In this document: piece after piece, positions 51,363 to 61,266 of the stretch
Position numbering within the stretch: the first letter of the stretch is position 1
Layout of the letters: every line of letters starts with the position of its first letter
Assembly: GCA_965219995.1 (NCBI GenBank)
Contig: CBDCOX010000002.1
Location: 4,800,001 to 4,864,000 of the forward strand
Reading direction: 5' to 3'
DNA: 64,000 nt
Source of the DNA: Candidatus Latescibacterota bacterium
Lineage (GTDB): Bacteria > Latescibacterota > UBA2968 > GCA-2709665
Translations under genes and position numbers: made by a program
Notes under the pieces: generated by a model
The model's input: the letters and a program-made list of their open reading frames with translations, nothing else
Told to the model about the DNA's origin: nothing
Databases searched by the model: none

Positions 51363-54248
51363 ATGAGAAACGCGCTGCGGATTCCGTTTCTGGTCTGTCT
51401 CATCCTGTTCGGCGCATGCGCTGCACCACAACGAACGGCGCCGCCGAAAGCGCCCGAGCCGCCCCCCTCGCCGAAGCTGCCGGTGGACCCGAATGTGACG
51501 CTTGGAACGCTGCAGAACGGCGTACGGTACATTATCCGTGAGAACAAACGCCCGGAGAATCGCGCAGAGTTGCGCCTGGTGGTGAACGCGGGTTCGATTC
51601 TGGAAGACGAGGATCAGCAGGGGCTGGCTCATTTCGTGGAACATATGGCGTTCAACGGCACCCGGAATTTTCCCAAGCAGGACCTGGTGGATTACCTGGA
51701 ATCGATCGGCATGCGCTTCGGACCCGACCTGAATGCGTACACGAGTTTCGACGAGACCGTGTATATGCTGCAGGTGCCCACGGATAGCGCGCGGGTTGTC
51801 ACGCAGGCGTTCCGGATTCTGGAAGACTGGGCTTCCGGCGTGCTCTTCGAAGCGGAGGAGATCGACAAGGAGAGAGGGGTGGTGATCGAGGAATGGCGGC
51901 TGGGCCAGGGTGCAGGGGCCCGGTTGCGGGACAAACAGTTCCCGATCCTGCTCAAGGGCTCGCGATACGCGGAAAGGCTGCCCATCGGAAAAAAGGCGGT
52001 GCTGGACACCTTCAGACACGATGCGGCCAGGCGGTTTTACCGGGACTGGTACCGGCCGGACCTGATGGCGGTCATCGCGGTGGGTGATTTCGAGACGGAA
52101 TGGATCGAGGGATTGATTCGGGAACACTTCGGGCGGATTCCCGCGGCCAGCGAACCCAGAGAGCGGACGTTGCATCCGGTTCCGGGACACGAGGAAACGC
52201 TGTTCACCATCGCCACCGATCCGGAGGCAACGCGAACGAACGTTGCCATCTATTACAAGCAGCCCGTGCGTGAGCAGGATTCGGCGGAAGCCTATCGCCA
52301 GAACATCGTCGGATCCCTGTACAACCGGATGCTGAACGCGCGGCTGCGCGAACTGACGAAGAAGCCCGACGCGCCGTTTCTGTTCGCGTATTCCAGCCAG
52401 GGACGCTTTATCAGGACAAGCGAGTTTTACGTGCAGGGCGCCGTCGTGAGGGAGGGCGGGCTTCTGCGGGGGTTGGAGGCGGTGCTGACGGAAGCCGCAC
52501 GGGTGCGACTGCATGGGTTCACGCAGTCCGAACTGGACCGTGAAAAGACCGAGGCGCTCAGGGGAATGGAGCGGGCAAATGCGGAGCGGGACAAGGCGCG
52601 GTCCCGCGGGTTTGCATCGGAGTATATCAGGCACTTTCTGACCGGTGAGCCGATTCCCGGGATCGAGTATGAGTACGGGATGTACAGAGAGATGGTGCCT
52701 GGAATTCAGCTGGCCGAGGTGAACCGTCTCGCCGGCGAGTGGATTACCGGGCAGAACCGGGTCGTGCTGGTCGACGGTCCGGAGAAGCAGGGTGTCACGA
52801 TGCCCGCTACAGACGAATTGGCCGCGGTGATCGACAGTGTGGACCGGAAGCAGATCGAGCCCTACGAAGACGCGGCCTCGGCCCAACCTCTTGTGGAGAC
52901 GCCGCCAACGCCCGGCGAAATCGTCGCGGAGAAACAGATCGCGGAACTCGGCGTGACCGAGTGGACGCTATCCAATGGCGTCCGCGTGGTACTGAAGCCG
53001 ACCGATTTCAAGAACGACGAAGTGCTGTTTTCGGCATTCAGCCCGGGCGGACACGGGCTGGTCTCGGATGAGGACTATCTCCCGGCTGCAACCGCATCGG
53101 CTGTCGTCCAGGAAGGCGGCCTGGGAACCTTCGACGCGATCGGTCTGGAAAAGAAACTGGCCGGCAAGGTCGTGCGTGTATCGCCCTGGATCCAGGGACT
53201 TCGCGAAGGGGTCCGGGGCAGCGCCTCGTTGAAAGACCTGGAGACGATGTTTCAGCTCGTCTACCTGACGTTCACGGCGCCTCGCAAGGATCCCGAAGCG
53301 TTTCTGGCCTACGTGCAGCGCATCCGCGGATCGCTGGAAAACCGCAGCGCCAACCCTGCGACGGCCTTCGGCGATACGATCCAGGTCACCATGTCGCAGT
53401 ATCACCATCGGGCACGGGTCTGGTCCGAAGCGCTTCTTGAAGAAATGAACCTCGACCGTTCGATCGAGATCTACAGAGACCGGTTTGCCGACGCCGGTGA
53501 TTTCGTATTCTTCTTTGTGGGAAATCTGGATCCGGATGGCCTCCGCCCGCTCGTAAAGACGTACCTTGGCGGATTGCCCGCGACCCGGCGAAACGAGACC
53601 TGGCGCGACGTGGGATTGCGGCCCCCCCGTGGCGTGATCCAAAAAACCGTCCACAGGGGTCTGGAACCGAAGAGCAGCAACCGGATCGTCTTCACCGGGC
53701 CCTTCGAATGGAGCCGCAGGAACCGTTACAACCTGGGGTCCACCATCGACGTACTCCGTATCAAGCTTCGCGAGGTTCTTCGGGAGGAGATGGGAGGGAC
53801 CTACGGCGTGGGCGTGGGCGTGTCCACGTCCCGCTATCCCGAACAGCGGTACCGGATACGGATAAGTTTCGGCTGCGCGCCCGACAGCGTCGAGCAGCTT
53901 ACCCGGGCGGTTTTCGCCCAGATCGACAGCCTCAAACAGTTCGGCGCGGCGGATTCTTATATCGAAAAAGTCCAGGAGGGGGACCGCCGCAGTCGGGAAG
54001 CTTCGTTGAAGGAAAACGGATTCTGGCTGAGGTCCCTCTCGTCCAATTACTGGCTGGGGCAGGATCCCGTTACGATCCTGGCGTACGACGATCTCGTGGA
54101 TGGTCTGACGTCGGACATTGTCCGGGAGGCTGCGCGGAAGCACTTCAATATGGAGAACTACGCGCGTTTCGTGCTCTATCCGGAAGAGGCGACGGGCGAA
54201 CCCGAAGCAGGTTCCGGTGGTCCTCCGGACGCGGTGCGGGGTTTCTGA
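51363..54248 (+). CDS. M16 zinc protease (PqqL-like), lipoprotein
   Basis: GLAHFVEHMAFNGT (HxxEH), NAYTSFDETVY, R.PIG, WYRPD, LRE..GGTY; lipobox-like FGAC. Confidence 0.94.
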   Translation: MRNALRIPFLVCLILFGACAAPQRTAPPKAPEPPPSPKLPVDPNVTLGTLQNGVRYIIRENKRPENRAELRLVVNAGSILEDEDQQGLAHFVEHMAFNGTRNFPKQDLVDYLESIGMRFGPDLNAYTSFDETVYMLQVPTDSARVVTQAFRILEDWASGVLFEAEEIDKERGVVIEEWRLGQGAGARLRDKQFPILLKGSRYAERLPIGKKAVLDTFRHDAARRFYRDWYRPDLMAVIAVGDFETEWIEGLIREHFGRIPAASEPRERTLHPVPGHEETLFTIATDPEATRTNVAIYYKQPVREQDSAEAYRQNIVGSLYNRMLNARLRELTKKPDAPFLFAYSSQGRFIRTSEFYVQGAVVREGGLLRGLEAVLTEAARVRLHGFTQSELDREKTEALRGMERANAERDKARSRGFASEYIRHFLTGEPIPGIEYEYGMYREMVPGIQLAEVNRLAGEWITGQNRVVLVDGPEKQGVTMPATDELAAVIDSVDRKQIEPYEDAASAQPLVETPPTPGEIVAEKQIAELGVTEWTLSNGVRVVLKPTDFKNDEVLFSAFSPGGHGLVSDEDYLPAATASAVVQEGGLGTFDAIGLEKKLAGKVVRVSPWIQGLREGVRGSASLKDLETMFQLVYLTFTAPRKDPEAFLAYVQRIRGSLENRSANPATAFGDTIQVTMSQYHHRARVWSEALLEEMNLDRSIEIYRDRFADAGDFVFFFVGNLDPDGLRPLVKTYLGGLPATRRNETWRDVGLRPPRGVIQKTVHRGLEPKSSNRIVFTGPFEWSRRNRYNLGSTIDVLRIKLREVLREEMGGTYGVGVGVSTSRYPEQRYRIRISFGCAPDSVEQLTRAVFAQIDSLKQFGAADSYIEKVQEGDRRSREASLKENGFWLRSLSSNYWLGQDPVTILAYDDLVDGLTSDIVREAARKHFNMENYARFVLYPEEATGEPEAGSGGPPDAVRGF

Positions 54249-54331
54249 TTGCTCCCGGTGAAGCGCAGTTCCTCGGATGCCCGCCCGGCGACCGGAGATC
54301 GCATGGCAATTGCGCGCAGTGATGAACAGCG

Positions 54332-54367
54332 GAGTCCCGGCGTGTCCAGATGCCGGGACTCGTCTTT
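54332..54367 (+). terminator. Terminator-like hairpin
   Basis: gagtcccggcg...tgccgggactc then gtcttt. Confidence 0.5.
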
Positions 54368-54403
54368 GATGTGTGAATGAGAGACCGGACTGAGGAGCCA
54401 TCG

Positions 54404-55438
54404 ATGCAGAGATTCGAACGGGCGGCGGACGTCAGGACCGGCGTGGTCGGGTACGGCGCGGCCTTCGATATGGGCCGGCGTCACCTGTCGGATATGCGTA
54501 CGGCCGGCATGACGCCCTGCGCGGTCGCGGAGACGGATCCGGAGAGACTCGCCGCCGCCGGCAGAGATTTCCCGGGAATCGAACAGTATCGCTCCGTCGG
54601 TGAGATGTTGCGGAAGTCGGCGGTGAATCTGGTGGTGTTGATCACGCCGCACAACACCCATGCGAGGCTGGCACTGAAGTGCCTGCGCGCTGGACGTCAC
54701 GTAATCACCGAAAAACCGTTTGCCGTTACGACCGCACAGTGCGACGCCATGATACGCGAGGCCGAGGAGCGGGATCTCATGCTCTCGACGTATCACAACC
54801 GGCACTGGGACGGGTGTGTTCTGGAAGCTCTCAAACATCTGCATGATGAGAAGGCGATCGGCGAGATCTACCGTGTGGACGCGCGAATCGGCGGATACGG
54901 GCACCCGGGTGACTGGTGGCGGAGCAGCCGGTCCATTTCCGGGGGCATCATGTACGACTGGGGCGTGCATTTTCTGGAGTACGCGCTGCAGATCGTGCCT
55001 TCGGACGTCGTTGAGGTCGCGGGCTTTGCAAAGACCGGCTTCTGGGCTGACGAGACGCCGTGGAAGGAAGATACGAACGAAGACGTGGCGTGCGCGGTGG
55101 TCAGGTTCGACAACGGCGCCTGGCTGAGCCTCACCGTATCGTCGCTCGAGTCGAATCCCCGGCCGGGTCAACTGGAGATCTCGGGTACCGGAGGCAGTTA
55201 CATCTTCGACGGGCGCACATACGAGATGATCCGTCAACAGGGAGATGAGAAAGTGGTGACGAAGGGCGCCAATATGCCCAGCCGGTGGGAAGCCTACTAT
55301 GAGAACGTCGCCGGGCACCTGACGGCCGGTGATGATCTGATCATTACACCGGAATGGGCCAGGCGGCCGATCCACATTCTGGACCTCGCAGCGAAGAGTG
55401 CGCAACGTGGACGGGCGATCAGGGCGAAATACAAATGA
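54404..55438 (+). CDS. Gfo/Idh/MocA oxidoreductase
   Basis: GVVGYG, TPHNTH, GRHVITEKP, HNRHWD, WR......GG..YDWG.H. Confidence 0.93.
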   Translation: MQRFERAADVRTGVVGYGAAFDMGRRHLSDMRTAGMTPCAVAETDPERLAAAGRDFPGIEQYRSVGEMLRKSAVNLVVLITPHNTHARLALKCLRAGRHVITEKPFAVTTAQCDAMIREAEERDLMLSTYHNRHWDGCVLEALKHLHDEKAIGEIYRVDARIGGYGHPGDWWRSSRSISGGIMYDWGVHFLEYALQIVPSDVVEVAGFAKTGFWADETPWKEDTNEDVACAVVRFDNGAWLSLTVSSLESNPRPGQLEISGTGGSYIFDGRTYEMIRQQGDEKVVTKGANMPSRWEAYYENVAGHLTAGDDLIITPEWARRPIHILDLAAKSAQRGRAIRAKYK

Positions 55439-55448
55439 GGGGATCGAG

Positions 55449-56771
55449 ATGAAGAAAGATACGCGGAATTCACACGCCATCGTGCCAGGGGTGCACCCTC
55501 CGCCCGACGTGTCCAGAATGCAGGGTTACGCGTCCCGGTTGAGCGCGTCGCCCGACGACAACATCGCCTTTCGGATGACAACGAACGCCCGGAGCTACGA
55601 CGTCTCGTTCCGGCGCCTCGGCAATACCAGCGTCGACATCGGTACGGTGAAGGGGCTGCGCGGGCGGATGCAGGCATGCCCGGAGAATGCATGGGAGACC
55701 GGCTGCGGCTGGGAGTCGGATTTCTATTGGATCGTGCCCGAGGAGACGCGTTCGTGGATCTATGCGGCGGAGTTCGTTGACGAGAGGGGCGTTGGGTTTC
55801 ACGTTCCGTTCGTGATCAAACCCCGGTTTCACCTCAAGGGCAACGTGGCCGTGCTGGCATCCACGAACACCTGGCACGCGTATAACGGATGGGGCGGCCG
55901 GTCGGCATACAGCGAGCCGCAGCCCACCACCCTGAGCCTGGACCGCCCCATGCCTACGGCGTCGCCGGAAGGTGAGGGCAGAAACCACCTGTTGCGGGCC
56001 GAGATGTGGATCCTGGACTGGATGGAGGAGAGCGGTTACGCGGTGGACGTCTATTCGGACATCGATCTGCATCGGGGATGGGGCTGGCTGGCCGACTACG
56101 GCGCTCTCGTGATCAATACGCACAGCGAGTACTGGTCGGAGCCCATGCGAGACCATCTGGACGCCTATCTGGATGCAGGCGGGAGCCTGCTGTATCTTTC
56201 GGGTAACGGTGTCTACTGGAAGGTGACATGGGATTCCACCTGCCGTTCCATGGAAATCCGCAAGGACGGCAAGCCACACTACCAGAACGGCGAAGAGGGC
56301 GGGTTGTGGCGGAACCTCGGCCGGCCGGAGCACGCCGTGCTCGGCGTGGGTTATCTGCGGCCGGGATATATGACGTTCGCGCCGTACCGGGTCGAAGCGG
56401 CGTCGCACTGGATTTTCGAGGGACTCGAACTGGAGAACGGAGATCTTATCGGCGAAGAGGGCGCCAACGGCGGTGCGGCAAGCGGCTGGGAGGCGGACCA
56501 GGTGCGGCAGGGTTGGTCTCCGGAGAACATCACAGTGCTGGCCAGGGGAATCAACCCGGAAGACTATGTGAACGACGGGCGATCGGCGGTCTATCCGAAC
56601 GACGAGTTCGACTGGGACGGCTCGGGAGGCGCTCACATGGCGTATTACGACCATCCTGGCGGGGGCGGGGTGTTCTCGGTAGGGTCGATCGCGTTTGGAG
56701 GCAGCCTGATCATGGACCGAGTGCTGCAGGGAACCGTGAGAAACGTCTTGGACCGGTTTCTACGCAGATAA
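55449..56771 (+). CDS. N,N-dimethylformamidase large-subunit-like domain protein
   Basis: TNTWHAYNGWGG.S.Y, HSEYWS, LSGNGVYW, SGWEAD, GGGVFSVGSI. Confidence 0.75.
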   Translation: MKKDTRNSHAIVPGVHPPPDVSRMQGYASRLSASPDDNIAFRMTTNARSYDVSFRRLGNTSVDIGTVKGLRGRMQACPENAWETGCGWESDFYWIVPEETRSWIYAAEFVDERGVGFHVPFVIKPRFHLKGNVAVLASTNTWHAYNGWGGRSAYSEPQPTTLSLDRPMPTASPEGEGRNHLLRAEMWILDWMEESGYAVDVYSDIDLHRGWGWLADYGALVINTHSEYWSEPMRDHLDAYLDAGGSLLYLSGNGVYWKVTWDSTCRSMEIRKDGKPHYQNGEEGGLWRNLGRPEHAVLGVGYLRPGYMTFAPYRVEAASHWIFEGLELENGDLIGEEGANGGAASGWEADQVRQGWSPENITVLARGINPEDYVNDGRSAVYPNDEFDWDGSGGAHMAYYDHPGGGGVFSVGSIAFGGSLIMDRVLQGTVRNVLDRFLRR

Positions 56772-56787
56772 CTGAAGGGACCAACCC

Positions 56788-57675
56788 ATGGCCGATGAAC
56801 GGAGGACCGCGCGCTACGATCTTCATCTGCACACGTACTGGAGCTACGATGCCCTGGCGCAGCCTGAAAGCCATTTCAATCGGGCCCGGGAACTCGACGT
56901 GGAGTGTTTCGCGATTACGGACCACCACGTGCTTGATTCACTGCCGGAGGTGCTGGAGATCGCTCAGGGCTATCCGGAGATTCGCGTCGTCCCGTCGGCA
57001 GAGCTGACGATGACCACGTCGATCGGATCCGTGGACCTGCTGTGTTATGGCTTTCCCGCGGACCTGCCCGCGGCAATGGTACAGGTACTCGAGGCGTATC
57101 ACGACTGGCAGCGGGACTTCGGCTCGGCGATTTCGGCCGGCCTGCAGGCGCTCGGATTGGATTTCTCCAATGCCGACCGTCTCGAACTGTTGAAGTCGTA
57201 CAGACCCTCGAAGACGATCGAGTTGCAGGGAAACACGCACGTGAAGGGTGGCGTGATTCAGCAGTATTGCGTGGATCGCGGGTTCATCGACCGGGTTGGG
57301 GACTACGCCGATCTGATGTCGCGAGCGGGTGCGGCGACGCGGTTCCCGCCGTATCCCCACGTAAAGGATGCGATGCCGGCCGTGAAGGAGGCGGGCGCAC
57401 TGGTGTCGATCGCACATCCCTTCGGATATTTCAGGGAAGACGACGTGGAACGGATGGATGCGCTGCGCGTGGAGTGCTCGCTGGACGGTATCGAGTGCGC
57501 CCATCCGGGCGTGCCGCCCGAGTTCACGGCGAAGTACCGCGAGTACTGCGAACGCCACGGGCTGTTCTCAACCGGCGGTTCCGACTGTCATACGGATGAG
57601 GACGTCGCAACGGGCTTCGCCGGGCACGGCGGTCCCGACGAATGGCTGGACGAGTTTCTGGACCGCCTCGACTGA
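56788..57675 (+). CDS. PHP-domain phosphoesterase
   Basis: DLHLHT..S.D, AITDHH, AHP, DGIE..H, TGGSDCH. Confidence 0.9.
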   Translation: MADERRTARYDLHLHTYWSYDALAQPESHFNRARELDVECFAITDHHVLDSLPEVLEIAQGYPEIRVVPSAELTMTTSIGSVDLLCYGFPADLPAAMVQVLEAYHDWQRDFGSAISAGLQALGLDFSNADRLELLKSYRPSKTIELQGNTHVKGGVIQQYCVDRGFIDRVGDYADLMSRAGAATRFPPYPHVKDAMPAVKEAGALVSIAHPFGYFREDDVERMDALRVECSLDGIECAHPGVPPEFTAKYREYCERHGLFSTGGSDCHTDEDVATGFAGHGGPDEWLDEFLDRLD

Positions 57676-57715
57676 CGAACGGCGAAAAGGCAGGTTTACC
57701 ACGAATGTCGATACC

Positions 57716-59347
57716 ATGAAAGCCTCGGATCTGTTCGTAAAATCCCTCGAGGCCGAGGGCGTGGAATATATCTTCGCCATCCCCGGCGAGGAGAACCTGG
57801 ACCTGCTGGAGTCGTTGCGCCACTCGAACATCAGGGTCATTCTCACCCGGCACGAACAGGCTGCGGGTTTCATGGCCGCGACGTACGGCCGCCTCTCAGG
57901 AAAGACCGGGGTGTGCATGTCCACGCTCGGGCCCGGGGCGACCAATTTCGTCACCGCGGCGGCGTACGCGCAGCTCGGCGGCATGCCGCTGCTGATGATC
58001 ACGGGCCAGAAGCCCATCAAGTCGAGCAAACAGGGTCATTTCCAGATCGTGGACGTGGTGGAGATGATGCGCCCGCTAACGAAGTACACGACCCGAATCG
58101 TCAGCGGAGCGACCATTCCGCCGCGTGTGCGGGAAGCGTTCCGCGTGGCGGAGGAGGAAAGGCCGGGCGCAGTGCACCTGGAGTTGCCGGAAGACATCGC
58201 CGCGGAAGAGGCGGAGGGGCGCCTTTTTCCCCGGGACCGCGTGCGGCGGCCCGTGGCGGAGGACAAGGCGGTTGCGCGGGCCGTTTCCATGATCCAGGAC
58301 GCGGGCCGGCCGCTGCTCCTGGTGGGGGCAGGCGCCAACCGCAAGCGCACGTCGAATATGCTGGTACGTTTCATCGACAAAACCGGCATCCCCTGGTTCA
58401 ATACGCAAATGGGCAAGGGCGTGGTGGACGAGCGCCATTCGCTGTATCTGGGAAACGCGGCGCTGTCTTCGGGAGACGCCATCCATTGCGCCATCGAACG
58501 GGCCGATCTGATCATCAACGTGGGCCACGACGTGGTGGAGAAGCCGCCTTTCCTGATGCGGGAGAACGGCCTGCAGGTTATCCACGTCAACTTTTCCTCC
58601 GCAGCGGTGGACCCCGTCTATTTCCCGCAACTCGAAGTGATCGGCGACATCGGCAACAGCCTGTGGCAGATCTGGCGGAGGATCGAGCCGCAGGCCCACT
58701 GGTCGTTCGACTACTTTGTCCGGGTCAAGGCGTGGGCCGACGCGAAGCTGGCCGCCGGGCACGACGACGACCGCTTTCCGGTCCTCCCGCAGCGGCTCGT
58801 GGCCGACGTCCGGCGCGTGCTGCCCGACGACGGCCTGATCGCCCTCGACAACGGAGTATACAAGATCTGGTTCGCGCTCAATTACCGCGCCCACCAGCCG
58901 AATACCGTGCTTCTCGACAACGCCCTGGCGACCATGGGCGCCGGTCTGCCCTCCGCCATGGCGGCCAGTCTGCTCCACCCGGACCGCGACGTGGTGGCGG
59001 TCTGCGGCGACGGGGGTTTCATGATGAACTCCCAGGAGCTGGAAACCGCGGTTCGACTGGGCCTGAACCTGGTGGCGCTGGTGCTGCGGGACGACGGCTA
59101 CGGCATGATCAAATGGAAGCAGGCCGATATGGGGCTGGCTGATTTCGGGTTGGATTTCGGAAATCCCGACTTCGTGCGCTATGCGGAGAGCTACGGCGCC
59201 GGGGGGCACCGGCTGAAACGGACCGGCGAATTGGCAGGACTGCTCAAGGGATGCCTCGACGCCGGCGGCGTGCACCTGATCGAGGTCCCGGTAGACTACT
59301 CCGAAAACCACAAGCTGCTGGACGGACAACTGGTCTGTCCGCTTTAG
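57716..59347 (+). CDS. Acetolactate synthase large subunit (TPP-dependent)
   Basis: RHEQ.AGFMA, TLGPGATN, ITGQ, GAVHLELPED, MGAGLP, GDGGFMMNSQELETA; no small subunit adjacent. Confidence 0.93.
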   Translation: MKASDLFVKSLEAEGVEYIFAIPGEENLDLLESLRHSNIRVILTRHEQAAGFMAATYGRLSGKTGVCMSTLGPGATNFVTAAAYAQLGGMPLLMITGQKPIKSSKQGHFQIVDVVEMMRPLTKYTTRIVSGATIPPRVREAFRVAEEERPGAVHLELPEDIAAEEAEGRLFPRDRVRRPVAEDKAVARAVSMIQDAGRPLLLVGAGANRKRTSNMLVRFIDKTGIPWFNTQMGKGVVDERHSLYLGNAALSSGDAIHCAIERADLIINVGHDVVEKPPFLMRENGLQVIHVNFSSAAVDPVYFPQLEVIGDIGNSLWQIWRRIEPQAHWSFDYFVRVKAWADAKLAAGHDDDRFPVLPQRLVADVRRVLPDDGLIALDNGVYKIWFALNYRAHQPNTVLLDNALATMGAGLPSAMAASLLHPDRDVVAVCGDGGFMMNSQELETAVRLGLNLVALVLRDDGYGMIKWKQADMGLADFGLDFGNPDFVRYAESYGAGGHRLKRTGELAGLLKGCLDAGGVHLIEVPVDYSENHKLLDGQLVCPL

Positions 59348-59380
59348 AGAAAACCCTTCCCCGCAGCCCCTCATCCCCCG

Positions 59381-59519
59381 GGGAGACGTTAGAGGGGAGA
59401 CGGTAGAGGATGTGATTGCCCGGTTCGGGTTCATTTCTTGCCGGAGGCATAAAGGAAGAACCTATCGGGCAAAGATGTCATCTCCCGTCTCCCGTCTTGC
59501 GTCTCACCGCCTTTACGCG
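59381..59519. repeat. Heptamer-armed MITE-like repeat R2 copy 1
   Basis: Colinear with 59904-60042 (ttcgg..tcatttc.tgccggaggcata.agg...acc.atcgggcaa.gatgtcatct...cgtct...cgtctcaccgc.tttacgcg). Confidence 0.85.
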
Positions 59520-59704
59520 ACCTCTCCCCCAGCCCTCCAAGATCAGCTCACACGAAGACACAATGGGAAACCGGAGACATCAGAACAGCGGGCAACCACA
59601 AAGGTTGCCCCTGCATGTGGAATCTGGTCGCGAGGTCTGGTGATCGCAGAGTGGTCCTCTCCGTTTTTCCGGACCGAGGGCATCCTGCCCTCGATCCCGC
59701 TCCG

Positions 59705-59903
59705 ATCACTCCCCCCTTGAGGGGGAGTCGCAGAAGCCGAGCCGATCCCTGAGCATGTCTGCATTTAGCTTGTCGAAATGTCGTAGGGTCGAAGGGCCGG
59801 CGACGGCTGATGCGGTGGGGGGATCGCAGGGCCTTCCTGTTAGCTGGCAGCATGAGAAAACATGATCGCATTTTGCGGAGAAGTCTTACTGTAAGACTCT
59901 AAA
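59705..59903. repeat. Interspersed repeat R1 copy B
   Basis: See 19945-20110. Ends in the perfect palindrome agtcttac-t-gtaagact (59882-59898). Confidence 0.85.
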
Positions 59904-60042
59904 GACGGTGTGAGGGTAGTCGAAAGAGGGAAAATTGTCCGCCGCGTTCGGTCTCATTTCGTGCCGGAGGCATAGAGGTAAAACCAATCGGGCAAGGATG
60001 TCATCTAACGTCTTGCGTCTCACGTCTCACCGCTTTTACGCG
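59904..60042. repeat. Heptamer-armed MITE-like repeat R2 copy 2
   Basis: Direct repeat of 59381-59519; abuts the truncated Uma2 gene. Confidence 0.85.
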
Positions 60043-60044
60043 CC

Positions 60045-60437
60045 CTCGGGCTTTGCTGCAGCGCCGGAACCGGATTCATCCTCGAGCGGGACCCCGACGT
60101 CGTTCGCGCCCCGGACGCCGCCTTCGTCGCAAGCGGCCGTATTCCCGAAACCGGCGTCCCCGTAGGCTACTGGCCGTTCGCCCCCGATCTCGCCGTCGAA
60201 GTGGTCTCGCCATCGGATCGCCTCGCCGACGTCCACGTCAAGATTACCGATTACCTCGCCGCCGGAACCCGCCTGGTTTGGTTGATGGAACCCGAAACCC
60301 GGATGGTCCACGTCTACCGTTCGGCCCGACAGGTTGACGCGCTGGGAACGGATGACGCCCTCGACGGAGGCGACGTGCTTCCCGGGTTCCGAACGCCCGT
60401 CCAGCGACTCGTTCCCCAGGATCGCCGATTGCGATGA
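60045..60437 (+). pseudogene. Uma2-family endonuclease, 5'-truncated
   Basis: In frame from 60045: LGLCCSAGTGFILERDPDVVRAPDAAFV...APDLAVEVVSPSD....KI.DYLAAGTRLVW..EP...V.VYR...LDGGDVLPGF. The N-terminus is replaced by repeat R2. Confidence 0.85.
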
Positions 60438-60455
60438 GGTTTGAGTTTGCTCCAT

Positions 60456-60755
60456 TCATCGTCTTTTAGTACGGCTCTTATTGTAAATCTCACCGCGATG
60501 ATCCATATCTACCGCGTGAACTTTGCCGCCAATCCTATCGCAATACATCCTGACTGCCAACGCTCGTCTTAGTACGCCCTTCCTCATCTGCATCCAATCT
60601 CCCACCCGTTCATCCTGACGTAGCGGCCGGCGCGGCATCCGCCCGAAGACCGTAACGATGGATTCAACCGCTCGTTTACCCGTACCGTCATCCTGAAAGC
60701 CGCCCGGCAGACGAAGGAACTCCTTTGGCACGGGATGAACCTGAGCGTTCGTCAT
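60456..60755 (-). CDS. Possible divergent/degenerate RelE/ParE-like toxin
   Basis: 99 aa, basic; VHP..KEFL.LP start and V..VDMDHRGEIY.K end loosely match the RelE pattern; no antitoxin seen. Confidence 0.35.
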   Translation of the reverse strand: MTNAQVHPVPKEFLRLPGGFQDDGTGKRAVESIVTVFGRMPRRPLRQDERVGDWMQMRKGVLRRALAVRMYCDRIGGKVHAVDMDHRGEIYNKSRTKRR

Positions 60756-60946
60756 TCGCCCCCGCCCTGCAGGCCTGCCTGCGGAAGCCTAGGTATCCAG
60801 GTCAGCCGCTCCTTCCCTCGGTGCCGGTTCCCCGATGAATCCCCAATTTGACGCAACACCGTGCCTCGTAGGCAATAAACTCCCTACTTCATCAAAAAAT
60901 CAGCGAGAACATCTCACTTTTCAGTACTATTTCAACGAAACTTTAT

Positions 60947-60952
60947 TATAAT
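60947..60952 (+). promoter_or_regulatory. Putative sigma70 -10 box upstream of Uma2/zorAB
   Basis: TATAAT in an AT-rich patch; no clear -35. Confidence 0.35.
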
Positions 60953-61266
60953 GTCACACACTCTGACGCAATTCGCGACACTGCTTTCAATACGGCGTTC
61001 CGGCGCCATCCTTCCTGGCATGGCGCCGCATCGTGTGGCAGGGTTTTTCCTCTACTGATGTTAATGATCGCCGATATGCGGCCACTTCAGGATCGGTTTA
61101 ATGGGGCCAGTGATGACGTCCAGAATGACGGTCGGTGTGATCTGCCGCCGGAGAGGCAAGACCGGCAGCAGCGGAAGAACCTACCCGGTGAAGGACGTTA
61201 AAGAGTGTCCTGCCTCTCCATCACTGTTTTGGGCGATTCGAGCTTGTTAAAGGGGAGATCATTAGA

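Noticed and set aside
59412-60165. Similar small ORFs 59412-59720 and 59935-60165 (FG.ISCRRH.G.T.RA.MSS)
   Set aside because: Their similarity comes from DNA repeat R2; there is no SD or protein-like signal.
60990-61190. Hairpins upstream of Uma2/zorA considered as fluoride or glycine riboswitch
   Set aside because: Only fragments (tgatgacg, ggagag) match; the required conserved cores and pairings are missing.
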